Assembly (NCBI GenBank): GCA_049515895.1
Contig: JBEKTQ010000020.1
Coordinates: 11,387-75,386 of the forward strand
Length of the DNA: 64,000 nucleotides
Direction: 5' to 3'
Source of the DNA: Candidatus Bathyarchaeia archaeon
GTDB lineage: Archaea > Thermoproteota > Bathyarchaeia > Bathyarchaeales > Bathycorpusculaceae
The notes under the pieces are model-generated. The model was not told where the DNA came from. It did no database searches and saw only the letters and a list, made by a program, of their open reading frames with translations. The position numbers were made by a program, and so were the translations under genes. This document shows positions 60,050 to 64,000 of the stretch, in pieces (the stretch's first letter is position 1; every line of letters starts with the position of its first letter).

Positions 60050-61072
60050 TTACGATTTATTAAAAACTGCTTCTAATATTCTTCTCACGTCTGCTTGGAC
60101 TTCGACATTGTCGCTGGTTAACCCAACAATAGTTTCTTCCGCTGCACCCATAGGTGTATTTCCATCTTTGACTAAAGTAGCCCAGTTGATTAAATCGCCC
60201 AAGGATGGACCATAAGGCAGGTCACCCACTTTGTATTGTCTTCTTAATTCAGCGCCGGCTTGAATGATTTTATAAGCGATATCTTGGTCAATCTTCGTTC
60301 TCTTGCGCAGCATATCTACCTCATCAGGAGAAATAGTTTCTCCAACGCTCAAGAAATCAAAGTTTATCCATACTGCCATGCGTCGTCTCATCGCAGCGTT
60401 TAATGGTTTCGTACCTGAGAATTCGGCTGTGGCAGGGTTCATGCTAATGATCATGTAACCATATTTATGGCGCTCGATAACCTCGCTATCTTTTTCGTTT
60501 AGCACCAAGTGCCCCCTTGTGTCCAAAACTGGGTTTAATCTTGTAGCGACATCCTGTTTCATCATGTTTGCTTCGTCGAGGTACATGATCCCGCCTTTCC
60601 TAAGCCACTGCGTTAATAATCCATCCACCCAGTTTTCTTTGCCCAGTCCGATGAATCGTCCGATAAGGTCGAATGACGATGTTGATAAGCCACAGTTGAC
60701 TTCCCAGATTGGCAAGCCTGTTAATTCAGCCACTAGGTATACGATGTGAGTTTTGCCTGTTCCTGATGGTCCGATTAAGCTGCATTGCTTGAAATAATAG
60801 AGTGCTCGAACAATGCGTTCAACGTAGTTAAATCCATGGTCAAGATATTCCGGCGTGTTTTTTGGGATCATGTCGTCTAAATGAGAAAAGCTGAAATTTG
60901 GGTGAAGGTCGTATCTTTGTATGTTGTATTTTTCGTATAAGGGTGATCTGGACATAGGGCGCTCTTTGTCGAGTGATACTGTTACTTTGAAATTGTTTTC
61001 TTTAAGCGATGAAATCTCTTGGACTCTACTTGTTTCACTTTTTTCTTTGACCCCTTGATGTCCATAACTCAT
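60050..61072 (-). CDS. MoxR-family AAA+ ATPase (CbbQ/NorQ-like)
   Basis: GPSGTGKT, YLDEAN, SMNP, LNAAMRRR. Confidence 0.92.
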   Translation of the reverse strand: MSYGHQGVKEKSETSRVQEISSLKENNFKVTVSLDKERPMSRSPLYEKYNIQRYDLHPNFSFSHLDDMIPKNTPEYLDHGFNYVERIVRALYYFKQCSLIGPSGTGKTHIVYLVAELTGLPIWEVNCGLSTSSFDLIGRFIGLGKENWVDGLLTQWLRKGGIMYLDEANMMKQDVATRLNPVLDTRGHLVLNEKDSEVIERHKYGYMIISMNPATAEFSGTKPLNAAMRRRMAVWINFDFLSVGETISPDEVDMLRKRTKIDQDIAYKIIQAGAELRRQYKVGDLPYGPSLGDLINWATLVKDGNTPMGAAEETIVGLTSDNVEVQADVRRILEAVFNKS

Positions 61073-61278
61073 TCGGCATCGCCCCTACTTGGTTAATACA
61101 GTTTTGAAATTAGATAATTAAGTATTATGAATTACTACTTGATATACACTGTACATGACTATTCCATCTTTTGATTCCTACACCTCATCACCTCAGAACT
61201 CTAAACTTTCTGTGCGTAGAGTCTAAGACATACAAGCCCTTTTCTTTCTAAAACACGGTATCATCATTTTGATTAGCA

Positions 61279-61809
61279 ATGACTCAAGAAACGGTAGTTA
61301 AGGAAGAACCTGCCGAACTCCTCAACTCACAAGATCTTAAGCAATTTGAGAAGAGGAAGCAGATTTCAGTCCAAGAAGTTATTGAATCTCTAAAAAGTAT
61401 ATCAGACGATATAGGACAAATAAGCGAATTAAATTCAGAAGAAAAGATATTGGTAGCACAGTTTTTCGCATCCTTTTTTAAACTTATGCAACCCCTTGCT
61501 TCCTCAATAGTCGTCAGCCAACTAGTTCTTCCAACTCAACTTGGCAATGTGATCCACGCGTATATCGACCCAACGGGACATTTGCTATTACAATTTGATG
61601 ACAACCACGTCGAACTCAAGGACTTAAGCGAAATCAAAAACCGCGATCTCATGATGACAGTTATCGGCGATGTCATGCCAAAGTTCAAGAGTTTAACAAG
61701 CAACCAAAAGCACAAGATAGAGAACCGGATAAAACTTCTCTCAAGTGTAACAAAAGAAATTCAGAAGAGTTCAGAAGCTCTTTCGGCAGCTTTACCCACA
61801 GGACAATAG
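61279..61809 (+). CDS. Hypothetical coiled-coil protein
   Basis: 176 aa ORF divergent from moxR. Confidence 0.7.
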   Translation: MTQETVVKEEPAELLNSQDLKQFEKRKQISVQEVIESLKSISDDIGQISELNSEEKILVAQFFASFFKLMQPLASSIVVSQLVLPTQLGNVIHAYIDPTGHLLLQFDDNHVELKDLSEIKNRDLMMTVIGDVMPKFKSLTSNQKHKIENRIKLLSSVTKEIQKSSEALSAALPTGQ

Positions 61810-62350
61810 ATTTTCTTCTTCATTGTCAGCCAGGAACTAAATGAATTTGAATTAGCAGACGTAAAAAGATGAAACTGAAATTACATAGTACTTTGACTAG
61901 AGAATTATGATTCAGAACAAAGCAACCAGCGAGATAGTTTCCAGGTTTTGGCAAACGATATTAAGAAATTGATCCTGATTCACTTGCTTATGGACATCAT
62001 CCTGCTCTCTGTGTTAACTTTGAAGAAGGCAAGAAGTATACCAATTCTGTAGTACTGATCGAGGAAGTTATGTCTCTTATCAAGAAGAAATCAATCACTT
62101 TTTCGAAAAAGGAATAGTGAGAGCGTTATGACGGAAGATTTTGTAACTGAGGTTATGGGACATAATTTCTCGAGCATGAAATACGATGGAAAACAGCTCA
62201 AAGTCTGGTTGAATCATATGGCAACTTAGTATTGCCTGTAACGATAAAATAAGGCGCGCGCTTTAGCCGTGAAAAAGTACGTTAGAGGACCGATTACGAG
62301 ACCTTTAATAGTTATTTAACGCTAAGGGATAAAATGGTGCCTATGCAAAC

Positions 62351-64000
62351 ATGAACAGATTGTGTGCGGCAGCAGCATTAGTCGGCACGATTTTTCTTTT
62401 CAGCTTAGTTTTGATTCCGCTTGCAAACGCGCTCCCGACTGTTTCTGTGTCGCCTTCTTCGTGGACTTTGGATGTTGGTCAGTCTAAGACGTTTACTGCG
62501 ACTGCTTCTGGTGGTTCAGGTAGTTACTCGTCTTATCAGTGGTATGTTGGTGGGGTATCTCAGAGTGGCGCAACTGCGTCAACGTTTAGTTATTCTCCTG
62601 CTTCTTCGGGTTCCCCCTTGATTACTGTGACGGTTACTGATACTTTAGGTGCGACTTCGGCTCAGTCCACTGCGCCTTCGGTTACGGTGCACTCGGCTTT
62701 GGTTGCTCCGACTGCTTCTGCTTCCAAGAGCACGGTTGATCAGGGTCAGACTTCTATTTTGACTTCCACTGCTGTGTCGACGGGTACTTCGCCTTACTCG
62801 TATCAGTGGTTCAGTGAGGCTCCTGGCGCTGGCTCTTACTCGTTGATTAGTAGTGCGACTTCGTCTAGCTATTCTTTTGTTACTTCTGGTTCTACGACTA
62901 TCGGGTCCTGGAGTTTTGAGCTTCAAGTGACAGACAGCGCTAGTACGCCTGTTGTGGTTGTGTCTTCAGCGGTGTTTGTTTTGGTGAATTCTGGTCCAAC
63001 TGATTCTATAACGCCTTCTTCGTGGACTTTGGATGTTGGTCAGTCTAAGACGTTTACTGCGACTGCTTCTGGTGGTTCAGGTAGTTACTCGTCTTACGCG
63101 TGGTATGTGGATTCTACTCTTCAGAGTGGTCAGACTGCAGCAACTTTTAGTTATTCTACTGGTTCCTCGGGGTCCCATTCTATTACTGCGACGGTTACTG
63201 ACAACTTAGGTGCGACTTCTCCTCAGTCCACTGTTGTTTCGGTTACGGTGAATTCTGCTTTGGTTCCTCCATCCGTGTCTGCTTCTCTGGGCACGGTTGA
63301 TCAGGGTCAGACTAGCAGTTTGACTTCTACCGCTGTATCAACCGGTACTTCGCCCAACGGTTATGGTGAATGCTGCTCCGACTGTAAGTGTGTCGCCTTC
63401 TATGTGGACTATGGACATTGGTCAGAATAAGACGTTCTCTGCTACTTCTTTTGGTGGTTCGGGGTCTTACAAGAGTTACCAATGGTTGGTGAGTGGGGCT
63501 GCTCAGAGTGGTCAAACTGCATCAACGTTTAATTTTTCTCTTTCTTCTTCGGGTTCTTACTCGGTTACTGTGACGGTTACAGACAGTTTAGGTGCGACTT
63601 CGGTTCCGTCTACTGCCGCGACGGTTACGGTGAACATTGCTCCGACTGTTTCTGTCTCTTCTGGAGCTACTACTTTGGATGTTGGTCAGGTTCAGACGTT
63701 TTCGGCTACCCCTAGCGGCGGGTCAGGTACGGTTCATTATCAGTGGTATTTAGGCGGTACTACGTCTGTTGGCAACGATAGTTCGACTTATTCTTTCAGC
63801 GGGCCGGTCGGTTCGTACTCGGTTACTTGCAAGGTGACTGATAGCGCTTCTACTCCAGTTACGTCTCCTGCCTCTAACGTTGTTTCGGTTACGGTGAATT
63901 CTGCTTTGGTTCCTCCATCCGTGTCTGCTTCTCTGGGCACGGTTGATCAGGGTCAGACTAGCAGTTTGACTTCTACCGCTGTATCAACCGGTACTTCGCC
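62351..64000 (+). CDS. Ser/Thr-rich Ig/PKD-like repeat surface protein, frameshifted near 63355, runs off the window
   Basis: Repeated LDVGQ..TFTA..YQW..VTVTD units; coding resumes in another frame (PTVMVNAAPTVSVSP) after 63354. Confidence 0.85.
63233..64000 (+). repeat. Exact 122-bp direct repeat (63233-63354 and 63879-64000)
   Basis: Identical sequence ending ACCGGTACTTCGCC at both positions. Confidence 0.9.

Noticed and set aside
61860-62240. Possible small gene between the hypothetical and the surface protein
   Set aside because: Only short interrupted frames without recognisable motifs; may be a decayed gene.

Overview
Archaeal genomic DNA; gene content is most consistent with Bathyarchaeia (inference). 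1-30 kb is a mostly minus-strand anaerobic metabolic cluster. It encodes a corrinoid protein, a UroD/MtaA-family methyltransferase, a RamA-like activase, a LipS1/LipS2-type lipoylation kit (2 ligases, 2 LipS1, 1 LipS2, 2 GcvH-like carriers), HdrACB-MvhDGA, a MoxR/vWA module, a NifH-NifD-like fusion with a partner subunit, and a divergent thermosome. A 14-bp palindrome (about GTTGC-AAAA-GTAAC) lies exactly 11 nt upstream of a TATA-like box at five promoters in this cluster, next to a TrmB regulator. The best candidate for a new system is therefore a co-regulated corrinoid / lipoyl-protein / Hdr / nitrogenase-like pathway. 30-40 kb holds tRNA-3'-like remnants, a structured element truncating a YhfC-like gene, a ferritin-like protein, a Cys-rich microprotein, a 2-oxoacid:ferredoxin oxidoreductase and nrdR-nrdD-nrdG with NrdR boxes. 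40-64 kb holds 10-bp-period repeat arrays, a type IV pilus locus with one intact and two broken pilin copies, a second TrmB, a second MoxR/vWA pair and an Ig-repeat surface protein. Several abrupt truncations may be assembly junctions rather than biology. All calls come from motif recognition by eye; no searches were run.
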